This document shows, in pieces, positions 30,131-43,464 of a DNA stretch of 64,000 nucleotides. The stretch comes from Eledone cirrhosa (lineage: Eukaryota): NCBI GenBank assembly GCA_964016885.1, contig OZ024749.1, forward strand, positions 23,250,001-23,314,000, read 5' to 3'. The notes beneath the pieces were generated by a model, which saw nothing but the letters and a program-made list of their open reading frames with translations, had not been told where the DNA came from and searched no databases. Both the position numbers and the translations under genes were made by a program. Position 1 is the first letter of the stretch. Each line of letters starts with the position of its first letter.

Positions 30131-30390
30131 ATGGATTTATCTATTTATTTATTAACTTATTCCTACACAAGTGTTTATTTGAGTTCGCGGTAATTGTACC
30201 ACTTTCTATCGTGTCCAAAATATATTGTTAAATGACTTTTAATAAGTAACGGAAAGAGAGAAAAGGAAATCTGAGACAGCTGTTGTTGTTGATATTGTAC
30301 TTGCTCTTCTCGCTGTTACCGTCGTCGTTATTGCTGTATATATGTATATATAATTTTATATATATATATATATAATTGCATACATATATT

Positions 30391-30447
<57 letters not shown>

Positions 30448-30530
30448 GTATGTAGTATGTATATATATGTATTTATGTATATATATGTATGTATATATAT
30501 ATATATGTATGTATGTATATATGTATGTAT

Positions 30531-30932
30531 GACCCCTTAGCCTTTGTCAAGGCAGAATTCTAGGAGAAGGAAAACTCTGATATAACACCTGCAACCCTGT
30601 TGGTATCCAATGATGTTGACTTATTCTTCTTTTTGGTAAATATCATCTTGGTTAAGAGTGTGGGACTGGCTTTGTGCAGTGCCTTTGCTCACTATAAAAG
30701 CTTCACGGCACAGGCATTGCTTTATATCTGGATATCTCTCTGCACTTGTCATCACATGTTACCATGGGCCCAGCACTGTGTGTCAATAATTGTCACAGGT
30801 GTAGTGTTTGTACCAGAGTTTTCAAGTCGCTGGCTGGACTAAAAAGTCACACTCGTTCAGCGCATCGGTAGGGGTTCTCCTACATGGATATAAAGTAGTG
30901 GCCGTACTCGAAAACGAGTTGGCAGCCACCAT
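30531..30932 (+). mobile_element. Non-autonomous RTE-LINE-derived element (5' UTR motif joined to 3' end)
   Basis: CTAGGAGAAGGAAAACTCTGA is an RTE 5'-UTR-type motif. 3' part translates [22 protein letters not shown] (terminal C2H2 finger), then a short UTR and (ATGT)-type tail. Confidence 0.7.
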
Positions 30933-31102
30933 GTATGCATGTATATATATATGTATGTATGTATGTATATATGTATATATATATATGTATATATGTATCT
31001 ATGTATATATATATATGTATGTATGGATATATGTATGCATGTATAATATATATGTATGTACATATATATATGTATGTATGTGTATATATATATATATGTG
31101 TG

Positions 31103-31165
<63 letters not shown>

Positions 31166-31624
31166 GAGTGCATATATGGCTATGTGTGTATATATATGTA
31201 TGTATATATATATGTGTATGTATGTATGAGTGCATATATGGTTATGTGTCTACATATATGTGTGTGTGTGTATGTATATATGTTCATATGTATATGTACG
31301 TTTATATGTAATATAAGAAAAGGAAATTTGAGACAGTTTGTGTTGAGTATAGTTGTTGTAATTGTCATAGTAGTTATAGTTATTTTTCTTGCTGCTGTTG
31401 TATACAAACAGTATAGTGTAATTATAGAAAATGTCGGCTTCTTGCGAAAAGGTTTCGCTGATGTCATAAAATATCACGTTCTGGTGTTAAGTGAATGCAA
31501 TAATGCTAACGTTTAAAACTAGCAAATTGACTAGCGTGTGCAACAGATAAAACTCAAAACTTATACGCAATTAAAACACACAAAAATAAATACCAACACA
31601 TATGTACACACACACACACACGCG

Positions 31625-31684
<60 letters not shown>

Positions 31685-31866
31685 ACCATTCGGCTGCACC
31701 ACAGTCGTTTATCGATGACTATGTGTGTATGTATGAACGTAGCATCTATGTATATACGCGTATATGCATTTATTGAAGTTTGTATGTATGTAGCCTTATA
31801 ATGTATGTAGGCGTGTATGTAAAAATATATTTATGCGTGCATATATATATATATATATACATATAT

Positions 31867-31943
<77 letters not shown>

Positions 31944-32191
31944 CATATATATATATTTATATATATATTTATATATATATATATATACATATATATATAC
32001 ATATATATGTTCACCAATACAGAGACATATATATTTATATATATATAATGCCTTTTATGCAAATAACGTCTGAATTTGGAAAGAACGCAGTAAAAATGGT
32101 GTTAGAGGAGAAGTCTATCATACATATTTAGTAGAAATTGAAAATGCTCCGAAATATTACACACACACCCACACACACAGACACAGACACA

Positions 32192-32277
<86 letters not shown>

Positions 32278-32371
32278 TATGCATGCATAAATATACAGAA
32301 CGTCTGCGGTGATTAGACCGTGGAGACAATTAAACATGGGAGTACCCTATACATGGATAAATGTAGATTTG

Positions 32372-32469
<98 letters not shown>

Positions 32470-32869
32470 GTGTGTGTGTGTGTGTGGCGCGTGTGTGTGT
32501 ATGTGTTTGTATTATTGCCTGCGTATGCGTTTACGCACAGACGAGTGCCTCTTAGTAGCTGACTGTTATATCAATAGACAACATGAGTAAAGTATTCAAT
32601 ACATTAAGGGAAGAGAGTATTCTATATATCATTGTGGGTTACCTTTCGCAGGACAACAGACCTGCCAATCTCTAAAACCCCCAACAGGGTATACCATGGA
32701 GAAAGTGCTCTAAAACGGCTTGAAATGAGACAAAATGGTGAAACTTTACATAATAAAAGCTATACCCATTTCCGTAAGAGTAGACAATAGTAGACAGGGA
32801 GATTTCCCGCCCACTTTGAGGTGAGTAGGAGATCTGCTTTTCGGACGGGCAGTGTAATATGTCTGGGAC

Positions 32870-33805
32870 AACAACATTAGTAAAAAGAGAAACAGCAAGA
32901 CGAACAAAAGCAACAGCAATAATACGAACAACAGCAAGGACCATAACAACTGAAATGGAAAGGAGAAGAACCACAACAAAACAAAAGTAAAACACTGGTA
33001 AAAAAACAAAAAACAGCCGCAACAAAGATACAAGAAAAATAGAAAGAGTTAGAATGTCATAGCAACAATAACAGAAAGAAAAACATCAACAACAAAAACG
33101 GTAACAGGTGCAACGGCAGCAAAAAACACGAAAAATGACAAGGATGACAATGTTATAGTAACAACAATACCGCACCAACCGTAGACGTAACAGCAACAAC
33201 AACAACAACAACCACAGCAAAAAGAATAACAACAAGAGAAACAACAAATTAACAACAGCAACAGGATAACTATGAATAACAACAACAACAACAAAAAGAA
33301 TAACAACAGCAACAACAACAACATCAAAATCTGCGAGAATTACAAGAACAGCAACAAGCACAACGGCAAAATGAACAACAGCAAAAAGAGAAACAACAAA
33401 ACTGCAACAACATCAACGGCAACAACAGTAACAACAGCCACAGCAACAACAGCAACAACATAAACGACAACAGTTGTAGCAGGGAAAGACAGCAGCAACA
33501 ACAAAAACAGCAAAACAGAACAACAACAACAGCAACAGCAACAACAACAACAACAACATAGCAACAACAAGAACAACAACAGCAACAACGACAAAATAGC
33601 AACAAGAAGAAGAGCAACAGCAACATCAACAACAACAAAATAGCCACAAGAACAGCAGAAAGAACAACAACCACAACAACGATAAATAGCATCAAAACAA
33701 CAACAGCAGCAGCAACAACAAAACAGCAACAACAGTAACAACAATAACAACAACAGCAACAGCAATAATACAAACAACAATAACAACAGCAACAACAACA
33801 AAAAT
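32870..33805. repeat. Degenerate (CAA/CAG/AAT)n low-complexity tract
   Basis: Direct inspection. Confidence 0.9.
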
Positions 33806-34111
33806 GGTAATGACTGGCTGGGAAACCTGTTTCCCTTAACAAACACAATTACAAATTTGATAAATGCCACTGCAATTACGACTGCAGTGAAATATCAAAT
33901 TGAAATAAAGCCAAATATTATATTATCACGTCTTCTGATATGAAAAGTGACTTTACATACCATCATACTCTGTGGTTAATGAATATACATTTCTTCCTAA
34001 TATTACATATTTATTTTGACTAAGAAAACATCTATGGGGAATCTATTAAGTGGGCATTAATGTATCATTGCTTATTTGTTCATACTGTACACGAACACAC
34101 ACTCCTATTCT

Positions 34112-34180
<69 letters not shown>

Positions 34181-34320
34181 GAATATATATACACACAAAC
34201 ACATGTATGTATCCATATATATGCATATGTATATATATGCACATATAAATACACACGCACACTCTATATCTGTCTATCTATCTATCCATCTATCTACATA
34301 TCTATCTATCTATCTATCTA

Positions 34321-34413
<93 letters not shown>

Positions 34414-34445
34414 ATATTGCTATATATTGTTTTATATTACATATT

Positions 34446-34485
<40 letters not shown>

Positions 34486-34599
34486 TAAGAGGAATTCCAA
34501 CTTTGTCTGATTTACTCGTTTTATTTACAATCCTTTAAAATATATATAATGGTATTATAATGAAATAGTATGATAGAATATTAAATTCTAAGTGTTAAT

Positions 34600-34638
34600 T
34601 GAACAAGTACTTTCATGCTTTCGCAATCTTCAGGTTCA
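34600..34638 (-). ncRNA. Minimal type I hammerhead ribozyme
   Basis: Exact mirror of 34739-34777. Confidence 0.8.
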
Positions 34639-34738
34639 TAATATGTGGTGACAGTCGAGGTAGCAATTTTCAACTGTTGAAAATTGTTGAAAATGTTCAA
34701 CAGTTGAAAATTGCAAACTCGACTGTCACCACATATTA

Positions 34739-34777
34739 TGAACCTGAAGATTGCGAAAGCATGAAAGTACTTGTTCA
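34739..34777 (+). ncRNA. Minimal type I hammerhead ribozyme
   Basis: TGAAC-CTGAAGA-TTGC-GAAA-GCAT-GAAA-GTAC-TT-GTTCA. 5-bp stem I, GNRA-capped stem II (U.U at base), palindromic AGTACT stem III, CUU cleavage triplet. Confidence 0.8.
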
Positions 34778-34939
34778 ATTAACACTTAGAATTTAATATT
34801 CTATCATACTATTTCATTATAATACCATTATATATTTTAAAGGATTGTAAATAAAACGAGTAAATCAGACAAAGTTGGAATTCCTCTTATTAATATAATC
34901 TTCTATACACAATCATACACACCCGTGTATATTTACCTA

Positions 34940-34969
<30 letters not shown>

Positions 34970-34973
<4 letters not shown>

Positions 34974-37032
34974 TAAAAGGAAAAGAAAATGCTGACAAAT
35001 TGTTCCCAGTGAAAAATAGTTTAATTAGGAATAATAAAAATTAGTAATAGTATTGATTAATATTCAGTTTTGGTTTTCAAATACATCAAAAGCTATATAA
35101 GGGACGGCCTAGATATGCTCAATCACCTCCCTAATATGCCCCTTTGTGAACAAACCCTACTAGTGACGTTCGATGTAGTCAACCTATACTCCAACATCCC
35201 ACACAACATAGGAATAGAAGCTATCCAATTCTGGCTGGATAATTACCACAATGAACTTCCACAACGCATCAAAAAATAATTCGTGATAGAGGGACTCAAA
35301 TTTATCTTGGAGAACAATTACTTCGTTTTCAATAACAAACCCTTCAGGCAGAAATCTGGGACCGCTATGGGAACGAAAACAGCCCCCACTTATGCCAACC
35401 TAGCCTTGGGATACCTGGAAAGCACCCTCTACACTAAAGTACTAAACAAATTTGGAAACACTCTCCACTTACGCATAGAAAGGAACTGGAAGCGATATCT
35501 AGATGACTGCTTCATCCTTTGGAACGAAAATATCGCAAAACTTAAAGAATTTCACACCCTTATAAATGGGCTCAACACGAATATTAACTTCACGATGGAA
35601 TACAGCCATCAACAACTCCCCTTCCCCGACATCCTCATTAAGATTCATAACCAAAAAATAGAAACAGACATATACTACAAGGCCACAGACTCCAAGCAAT
35701 ATCTTCCTTTCAACTCTTGCCAACCTAGACACGTTAAAATTAATATTCCCTACAACTTAGCCAAGAGAATCTGTACTATAGTCTCCAATTAAAACACCTG
35801 TTACTTACGGCTACAAGAACTAAAGGACACACTCATAGGCAGGGACTACTCTGCATCACTAATTGACAATGGAATCCAACGTGCCCTAAAACTAAGTACC
35901 CAGGACCTTAGACACCCTAAAGTAAATCAACCGAAACTAAAAGCTCTTCCATACATCTCCACACACAAACCCCTCAACAATGAGGCCTTTGACACCATCC
36001 TCCAGAACATCCCTGTGTTAAAAAAGGACCATAGAATGAACATAATCCTACGAACACACGATATCATAAAGAGCAAAAGACAATCTAAGTCAATAAAAAT
36101 CATCCTAAGACATGCCAAACTACTGCCAACCTCAGCAACGAAACCCACAGTAAAAAAAAACGATAGACCCAACTGTGGCATATGGATCAACCTAATAGAG
36201 GGGTTCGGAATTCTATTTCAAAGAAGGACAACGTTTTATAGTAAAACACAATTTCACATGCGCATCAGAAAATCTAATATATGTATTAACTTGCTCAGGT
36301 TGTCGAGAACAATACATAGGCCAGACCAAATATAGCCTCCGCCAATGCATGACTGTCCATAGATCCCAAATTAAAATACGGGAATACGGGAAAATACCAC
36401 TGAGTGAACATATTAATACCTGTGCCGTCCAAAATCATCCCAACTTCAGAATTTTTCCCATCTACAAATTTAAAGATAATGCCACCCACACCCAGCGCAT
36501 CAGCAAGGAATCTCACTTTATTAACAAATATAGACCCCGTCTAAACACTTCTCCCTAAGACGAACCCACAACATACACACGTCAACATACATAACTACAT
36601 CAGCATACATCCTACATACATCTCTATCCACATATAAACACAATGACATACGTAAACACACATGTTCTATGGTGCAACACAAATATACACAAATTTGCAT
36701 ACCTTTTGATGTCTATAGATATAAACGTGCCGACACACTCACATACATATACGCACACATGCATTGCACACTGATGGGCACATACATATTTGTCCACAAG
36801 TATTCCAATACGCCAAGGCCTAATGGATTCCCCTTGCAGTACGTACAATCTGGACACTCACACACACCTTGGTCTTATGCCAATACTATATATCATTTCA
36901 TACCTTTTATTATTAAGATTTTTGATGTTCTATTGAGAGATTCGTTTTTACTGAAAATATCGAATAATGTACACCCTTTTTACCCGTATCACAAAAGTAG
37001 TGGTCCACCCACACACATACAGACATTCACAT

Positions 37033-37127
<95 letters not shown>

Positions 37128-37128
37128 T

Positions 37129-37161
<33 letters not shown>

Positions 37162-37464
37162 TACACACACGTACATTAACATACAAAGAGACATATACAC
37201 ACACACACACTTCTCCGTATAAGACAAGAGCTGAAAAAATATCTTTTAACATGTTAAAATATTTCCAAAACCAATCAGATTAGAGCAAACATCACGGGCG
37301 CTCTATCTCAAAATAATTTTTGAAAAGCATTAGAAATGCGCAACTGGTAAAACTTAAAACCAAATCTGAATACTAACCAATACTATTACTATTTTTTACT
37401 TATTCCTAATTAAACTATTTTTCTCTGGGAACAATTTGTCACCACTTTCTTTTCCTTTTACCAA
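34970..37464 (+). mobile_element. 5'-truncated Penelope-like element (Neptune-type) with an inverted pseudo-LTR fragment at its 5' end
   Basis: RT plus GIY-YIG coding remnants. 34970-35077 is the reverse complement of 37356-37464. (AT)-rich flanks. Possible hammerhead relic at about 37265-37350. Confidence 0.92.
35070..36558 (+). pseudogene. PLE reverse transcriptase/GIY-YIG endonuclease, disrupted by stops and a frameshift
   Basis: TFDVVNLYSNIP, QKSGTAMGTKTAPTYANL, RYLDDCF, TDIYYKATDSKQYL. Linker DRPNCGI (decayed Cys knuckle). NLIYVLTCSGCREQYIGQT..VHRSQI..ESHFINKYRPRLN. Stops at 35277 and 35790. Confidence 0.92.
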
Positions 37465-37496
37465 TATATCATAACTCGTATGTTACACCTCTATTC

Positions 37497-37585
<89 letters not shown>

Positions 37586-37637
37586 TAATAAAAACAATGA
37601 ATAAAAACAAAGAAACAGCTCCTTATATTAAAAAATT

Positions 37638-37773
37638 CATCATTTTACGATCGTTTCTAGGATATATACGTGTGTGTTGGTATGTATATCATATAGATCT
37701 ATGTAAAAGTTTTACAAACTATCAGAGGGAATACACATACCTACACATATATATGCTGTCTTCAGAAATAATG
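37638..37773 (-). ncRNA. Type I hammerhead ribozyme with long stem II, in the pseudo-LTR
   Basis: CATTATTT-CTGAAGA-CAGCATATATATGTGTAGGTATG...CATACCAACACACACGTATATATCCTA-GAAA-CGATCG-TA-AAATGATG. 8-bp stem I, palindromic stem III, GUA triplet. C.A mismatch at the base of stem II. Confidence 0.8.
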
Positions 37774-38229
37774 ATATTTATTTATTGAAAAAAAAACAAC
37801 AAAGATTTAATATAATAGGTCTGTTTGGGAACAGGTTTTGAATTGACCAATAGAAAAGTAGTAAGTGGTCAAGTTGATAGAATAGTAGTAGTAGAAATTT
37901 AATTTAGGGGTAGAGGAATGTAGACTTTGAATGGAAAGAGTATTTTGAATGAAAAGATTATTTTGGGGGATGAAAATAGGTCAAGCCGGTGAAAGGTACA
38001 AGAACATTTGATGTTATTAAAGAATAATGCTAATGTTAAAATCTAAGGAGAATAAAATGTTACTATAAATGTGTTAGAGAAAAATATCAATCTTATTTAA
38101 AACATAAGGAATATAGATCTATAAAAAGAAATTAAATTAATTATGCAGTTCTTAGTAGTAGAATATTAATTAGAGGTTAACTAATAAAAAACTTTTTTAT
38201 TATAATAATTTGTAAAATATAAGTGTATA

Positions 38230-38796
38230 TTAATTAGGTTTATAATATTTAAAAGTTTTTCTAATACTATGATTACATGATATAATTAATTATTGTCGCT
38301 TATTTAATAGGATATCCTTAGATTTCATTATTTCAAAAAGTTCCTGGGAACATAATCTACATTCATATCTATTATTTTGATAAGGGTTGGCCATTTCGAG
38401 CACACTCCAGGTCAAGTTATAATGGTTATTCTTTTTTCTATAATTGTTAATTATTTCAGCTAAGGATGTTGTATTAGCTAATGCGGCATTTATAAAACTA
38501 TGTTTGTGGGTATTAAATCTTACTTTAAATTGGTTAGAAGTAGCTCCTATATATGAATAAGTTGAGTCCTTAGTGCTAATTTTACATTTATATACTATGT
38601 TATTAACAAGGCAATTTCCTTTTAATGGGCAATTTGCTTTGTTTATACAGTTACAACCTTTCGTGAATGTTATATCAGGGGAGTTAGTCAAATTAAGTGT
38701 GGAATTTTCTCGACTTGTTGTATGTGAATGAGATGGTGGTTTGCTGTGGTTTATTTTAGTATTATGGTTAGTTTGATGTGTTGGTGGTATATTCAT
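38230..38796 (-). pseudogene. C-terminal Zn knuckle plus GIY-YIG endonuclease of a Naiad-type PLE
   Basis: CNCINKANCPLKGNC, IVYKCKI..YIGAT..FKVRFNTH, inserted CRLC, then LLNKRQ*LIISCNH. The premature TAA at 38290-38292 is followed by the conserved C-terminus, ending at 38230. Confidence 0.88.
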
Positions 38797-39326
38797 GTTT
38801 TTTTTACATTTATATGCATTGTAGACACTTATATTTTGTTGTATATATTTTGGTTGTTGAGTAGAAGAATTTGACCGTTGGTCTATTTAAAATATCTTTA
38901 TGAATTAATATAAAGTTATCCCTATAAGTATACCTTTCAATTAAATTAATTTAATTTCTTTTTATAGATCTATATTCCTTATGTTTTAAATAAGATTGAT
39001 ATTTTTCTCTAACACATTTATAGTAAAATTTTATTCTCCTTAGATTTTAACATTAGCATTATTCTTTAATAACATCGAATTTTCGTTTACCTTTCACCGG
39101 CATGACCTATTTTCATCCCCAAAGTAATCTTTTCATTCAAAATACTCTTTCCATTCAAAACTGAAGTCTACATTCCTCAACCCCTAAATTACATTTCTAC
39201 TACTATTCTATCAACTTGACCACTTACTACTTTTCTATTGGTCAATTCAAAACCTGTTCCCAAACAGACCTATTATATTAAATCTTTGTTGGTTTTTTTC
39301 AATAAACAAATATCATTATTTCTGAA

Positions 39327-39504
39327 TTGGCAGTATCGGTAGAGAGTTGGATACCATACTTTTATGCATAGAGTTACGGCCCTTGCCATTCTGAGTTCAA
39401 ATCCCGCCTAGGTTAACTTTGCCTTTCCTCCTTACAGGGTCGATAAAATAAAGTACCAGTAATGCACTGGGATAATTGCTGGCCTTGTGCCAAAAGTAGA
39501 AACA
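39327..39504 (+). mobile_element. SINE family B nested in the PLE pseudo-LTR, with 12-bp target-site duplication
   Basis: ATTATTTCTGAA at 39315-39326 and 39505-39516. Absent from the sister arm. Confidence 0.92.
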
Positions 39505-39612
39505 ATTATTTCTGAAGACAGCATATATATGTGTAGGTAAAACTTTTACATAGATCTATATGATATACATACCTACACACACATATATATCCTAGAAACG
39601 ATCGTAAAATGA
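39505..39612 (+). ncRNA. Type I hammerhead ribozyme (right-arm copy)
   Basis: TTATTT-CTGAAGA-[long stem II]-GAAA-CGATCG-TA-AAATGA. Confidence 0.75.
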
Positions 39613-40018
39613 AGAATTTTTTAATATAAGGAACTGTTTCTTTGATTTTATTCATTGTTTTTATTAATTTATCTTGACTCTGTTTTCCTGTGTTTTTCAT
39701 CGAAAAAATTTTGAATACATCTCTTTTCATGATATTTGGATTACATTGAGTTCTTCATACGGATTGGGCATAACCGTATATTTTGGTAGATTTATCTACA
39801 TATATATATATAATACACCACTTAATTTAGCTGCTAATTTAGCTTTTAGTAACAATGAAAGCTGCATAACCCGAATGGATAATTCTAATAAAACACGCTC
39901 GAACATTTATAGTTAACATTCCATTAGTTAAGTCAAATAAAGTAAATGATATATTCAATGGGGAGTTTTATAGCAGATAGATTGAAACCCTCACCACCCC
40001 TAGAATATTTACCTACTA

Positions 40019-40343
40019 CAGAAGTTCTCAAACGCCCCCCCCCCCCCTCATAAGCCATGTAATACCTTCAGCACCTCTAACCTTATTTCCAGAGATGCCT
40101 GCCTACACACAAATTGTAAATAATTTATAATAAATATGATCGTTAATTCATACATAATAAATAATATGAGATATACTAAGTAAAAATAAACCTTATAATA
40201 ATATGTATTATTTGATATTTAATATACTATTATATCATGTCTACTCCCCCCCCCCCCCCCCAACCACACGCAAAGGCCGCAGCGACCCCTGGACTTTCTC
40301 AACGCGCCCCGCGACACGGAAGCGGCCACCTTTAGAACCTCCG
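40019..40343 (+). mobile_element. hAT/Charlie-type MITE, decayed
   Basis: Termini CAGAAGTTCTCAAAC and TTTAGAACCTCCG. Internal homology to 40884-41362 (TATTTCCAGAGA..TGCCTACAC.CAAAT.GTAAATAAT). Confidence 0.65.
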
Positions 40344-40883
40344 GACTAGCATGAGAGTAAGAGACCTAGAATTTCTTCAAAATCATGATCAGTGTTTATG
40401 GACAGTGATTGTAGAACTGTCCGAAAATTACACCCTTAATGTACGTTGTCTTACAGAGACTGTATTGTATACAGTACATTTGTCATGTCAAATAGCCGGA
40501 ATTATTTTGTTGAAGCTACGTCTAATTATTTTAATTAACCTTTCTACTCACATTTAAATTGTTTTAGAAACAAAAATAAGACAGTCACTGATAATCTTAC
40601 ATAATTTATTTGCTTACAATATTCTATACTAAATACTTGTCGTAGGTACAAACCTAGAGTTTATGAATGTTATATCTTTTCTATAGAATCTCTAAAAATA
40701 ACAATGTCTCGTGTACTAAAAGTATTGGCTAAAAATGTTCTACGAATATAGGCTGACTATAAAATAGTGATGCTAGAGCTGTGGAATCTTGCATGCGCTA
40801 ATTTCAGTTTGGGTCATTAGAGTAGCTTGGTCAAACTAGGAAATGTTCAGCCAACGAACTATTCCTCCGACAATGGTATACAA

Positions 40884-41362
40884 CAATGGATCTCAAATCT
40901 TTGGGGCCACCGCACCCCTCACGGCCACCCTAAGCGCCTCCCCAACTCTATTTCCAGAGAAACTTGCCTACACGCAAATCGTAAATAATTGTTTCTATTT
41001 TAGGCACAAGGCCAGCAATTACCCAGTACATTACTGGTACTTTATTTTATCGACCCCGTAAGGATGAAAGGCAAAGTTAACCTCGGCGGGATTTGAACTC
41101 AGATCGTAAATAATATATAATAGTTAATAACTCAGATCGTAAATAATATATATATCGTTAATTTATATATCATAAATAATATGATGTATACTATGTACAA
41201 ATAAAAATTATATATATATTTTTTTACTATTTAATATTTAATCATCGTCGTACATCATCGCTACCACCCTCTTAGGCCCCATCACCCCTCTGGAACTACT
41301 ACCCCCCCCCCCCCCCCCCACACACACACCAGGGGTGGGGACACCCACTTTTAGAACCACTA
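40884..41362 (+). mobile_element. hAT/Charlie-type MITE with 8-bp target-site duplication
   Basis: GTATACAA at 40876-40883 and 41363-41370. Imperfect TIRs CAATGGATCTCAAA and TTTTAGAACCACTA. Confidence 0.82.
40990..41102 (-). mobile_element. SINE family B, 5'-truncated, nested in the MITE
   Basis: Duplication ATCGTAAATAAT at 40978-40989 and 41103-41114. Confidence 0.88.
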
Positions 41363-41964
41363 GTATACAACATTGAATTGTCGACAATAAATTATGATTT
41401 TGCTGTCAACACAAATTTCTTCTTTCGTTGTCTAAGATGAATTATGTCCCTACATAGTTAATAACAATTTCTCCGTTGGGAAATTTTCACACTTTATAAA
41501 ATATCTATATGATAAATTCCTAATTCTTAAACACTTTCAAACGTTAATTCCTCTATCAATAGTAAATTTATGTTGAATAGTAAAATATAATTCATTATAA
41601 ACGAGTAACAATTATAAAATCTATTGTAAATGTTTCAATTTTTATAAACTTGTTATGAATATAATTAAATAAAACTTTTTATATAGAACATTTTATTTTC
41701 AATTCTTCAGAAGTGATAATTGATACGTAGGTAACAGTAGTTTCATCATTTTTAGGAAGTTATATAGATATATAAATCTTCTGTAATATTTAATATTCTA
41801 TATATGAAAACGTGATTTCAGATGTAATTCGTTTATTCTTAAGTAAATATATGTAAATATATGTTAAACTAAATTTTAAATTAAAAGAAAATATTTATTA
41901 TTATTTCTTTACTTTTGAAATGACGGATTACTTCTTAAATAGATATATAATTTTTTTTTTTTCT

Positions 41965-42064
41965 AATTTAGGCACAAGGCCAGCAATTATCCAGTGCATT
42001 ACTGGTACTTTATTTTATCGACCACGTAAGGATGAAAGGCAAAGTCAACCTCGGCGGGATTTGA
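41965..42064 (-). mobile_element. SINE family B, 5'-truncated
   Basis: Near-identical to 40997-41095. Confidence 0.85.
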
Positions 42065-42508
42065 ATATAAATTGATATATAATAAAATATACGTTATCTC
42101 AAAATGTGTCACACTATTATTTTCAATTATTCTCTTGTACAATTTAATAAACTTAATTTTATTCCTTACATTGTTGATAAACACAATTTAATTAAACTCA
42201 TATAAGATATGTATGTAACCAGAAAATATCATCATATAAATTTATGAATATACGATTTCATAATCATGTTATATTTAATTTAATTATTACATCTAATCTT
42301 TTTCCTTACTTAAATCTTTCACATTCCTGCAATTTGTAATTAAATGCATTTACAACACTGGTAATAGAGATTGTACATATTTACATCTTGAGATCTGGAT
42401 ATGTTTTTCATGAATAAGTTTTCAAAGGAAGATTACCATTCACTGAATGTTTTCAACTACTTTTGTCTTTTGTCTTTTTCTTCTTCACCTTTTGTCTCAT
42501 TATATTCA

Positions 42509-42551
<43 letters not shown>

Positions 42552-42629
42552 TTATCTATCTATCTATTTATTATAAGAAGAGATGGAAGTTTAGGCAAAG
42601 AATTGTTGCTTTCCCACTTAACGGGATCT

Positions 42630-42695
42630 TATATATATATATGTGTGTGTTTATATATATATATGCATATATACATGTATATATATATGTTTATA

Positions 42696-42737
<42 letters not shown>

Positions 42738-42811
42738 TATACGTATATATGTATATATATGTATATATATATGTATATATATATATGTATATATACGTAT
42801 ATATGTATATG

Positions 42812-42858
<47 letters not shown>

Positions 42859-43039
42859 GTGTATATATATGTGTGTATATATATACATATGTATATATAT
42901 ATGTATATATATATGTATATATATATGAATATATGTATATATATATATATGTACATATGTATATATATATGTATATATGTATATGTATATGTATGTACAT
43001 ATGTATATATATATGTATATATGTATATGTATATGTATG

Positions 43040-43112
<73 letters not shown>

Positions 43113-43180
43113 ATATATATATGTATATATATGTATATATATATGTATATACACATACACACACACATATATATATATAA
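42630..43180. repeat. (AT)n/(GT)n/(ATGT)n compound microsatellite
   Basis: Direct inspection. Similar tracts at 20540-20740, 30335-30530, 30931-31310, 31840-32050 and 32160-32500. Confidence 0.95.
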
Positions 43181-43298
43181 TATTATAAAATTATCTAGCA
43201 GTACAAGTGAAGTCATTCTTTTCCTTTTTTTCAAATATATTTTATATATGTATATACAATATATTAATAAATGGATACTATATTTATAAAACGATAAT

Positions 43299-43363
43299 TA
43301 TGTTATTATATATATTTCAAGGGCAACCAAGGCAGTCTTGGTGCGCTTTCATCAGATAAAATA
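43299..43363 (-). ncRNA. Minimal type I hammerhead ribozyme
   Basis: TATTTTAT-CTGATGA-AAGCGCACCAA-GACTGCC-TTGGTTGCCCTT-GAAA-TATATA-TA-ATAACATA. Confidence 0.82.
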
Positions 43364-43464
43364 CAAGATTTGTTTTATAAATATTGACATAACCGTGGAA
43401 AAACAACCTTGACCGTCAAGGTTGTTTTTCCACGGTTATGTCAATATGTATGAAACAAATCTTG

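Larger units (their letters stand above)
34480..34896. mobile_element. Near-perfect palindrome of about 415 bp (two opposed PLE-type pseudo-LTR ends), left end at (AT)n
   Basis: Arms of about 200 bp are reverse complements around a short loop near 34688. A second copy of the end starts at 63896. Confidence 0.9.
37582..39671 (-). mobile_element. 5'-truncated Penelope-like element (Naiad-type) with inverted pseudo-LTRs of about 550 bp
   Basis: 37582-38141 is the reverse complement of 38938-39671 once the nested SINE is removed. GIY-YIG ORF between the arms. Left end at (AT)n. Confidence 0.9.

Noticed and set aside
34581-34796. Mirror-image 65-aa ORFs on both strands
   Set aside because: A consequence of the palindrome, with non-ATG starts and no homology evident.
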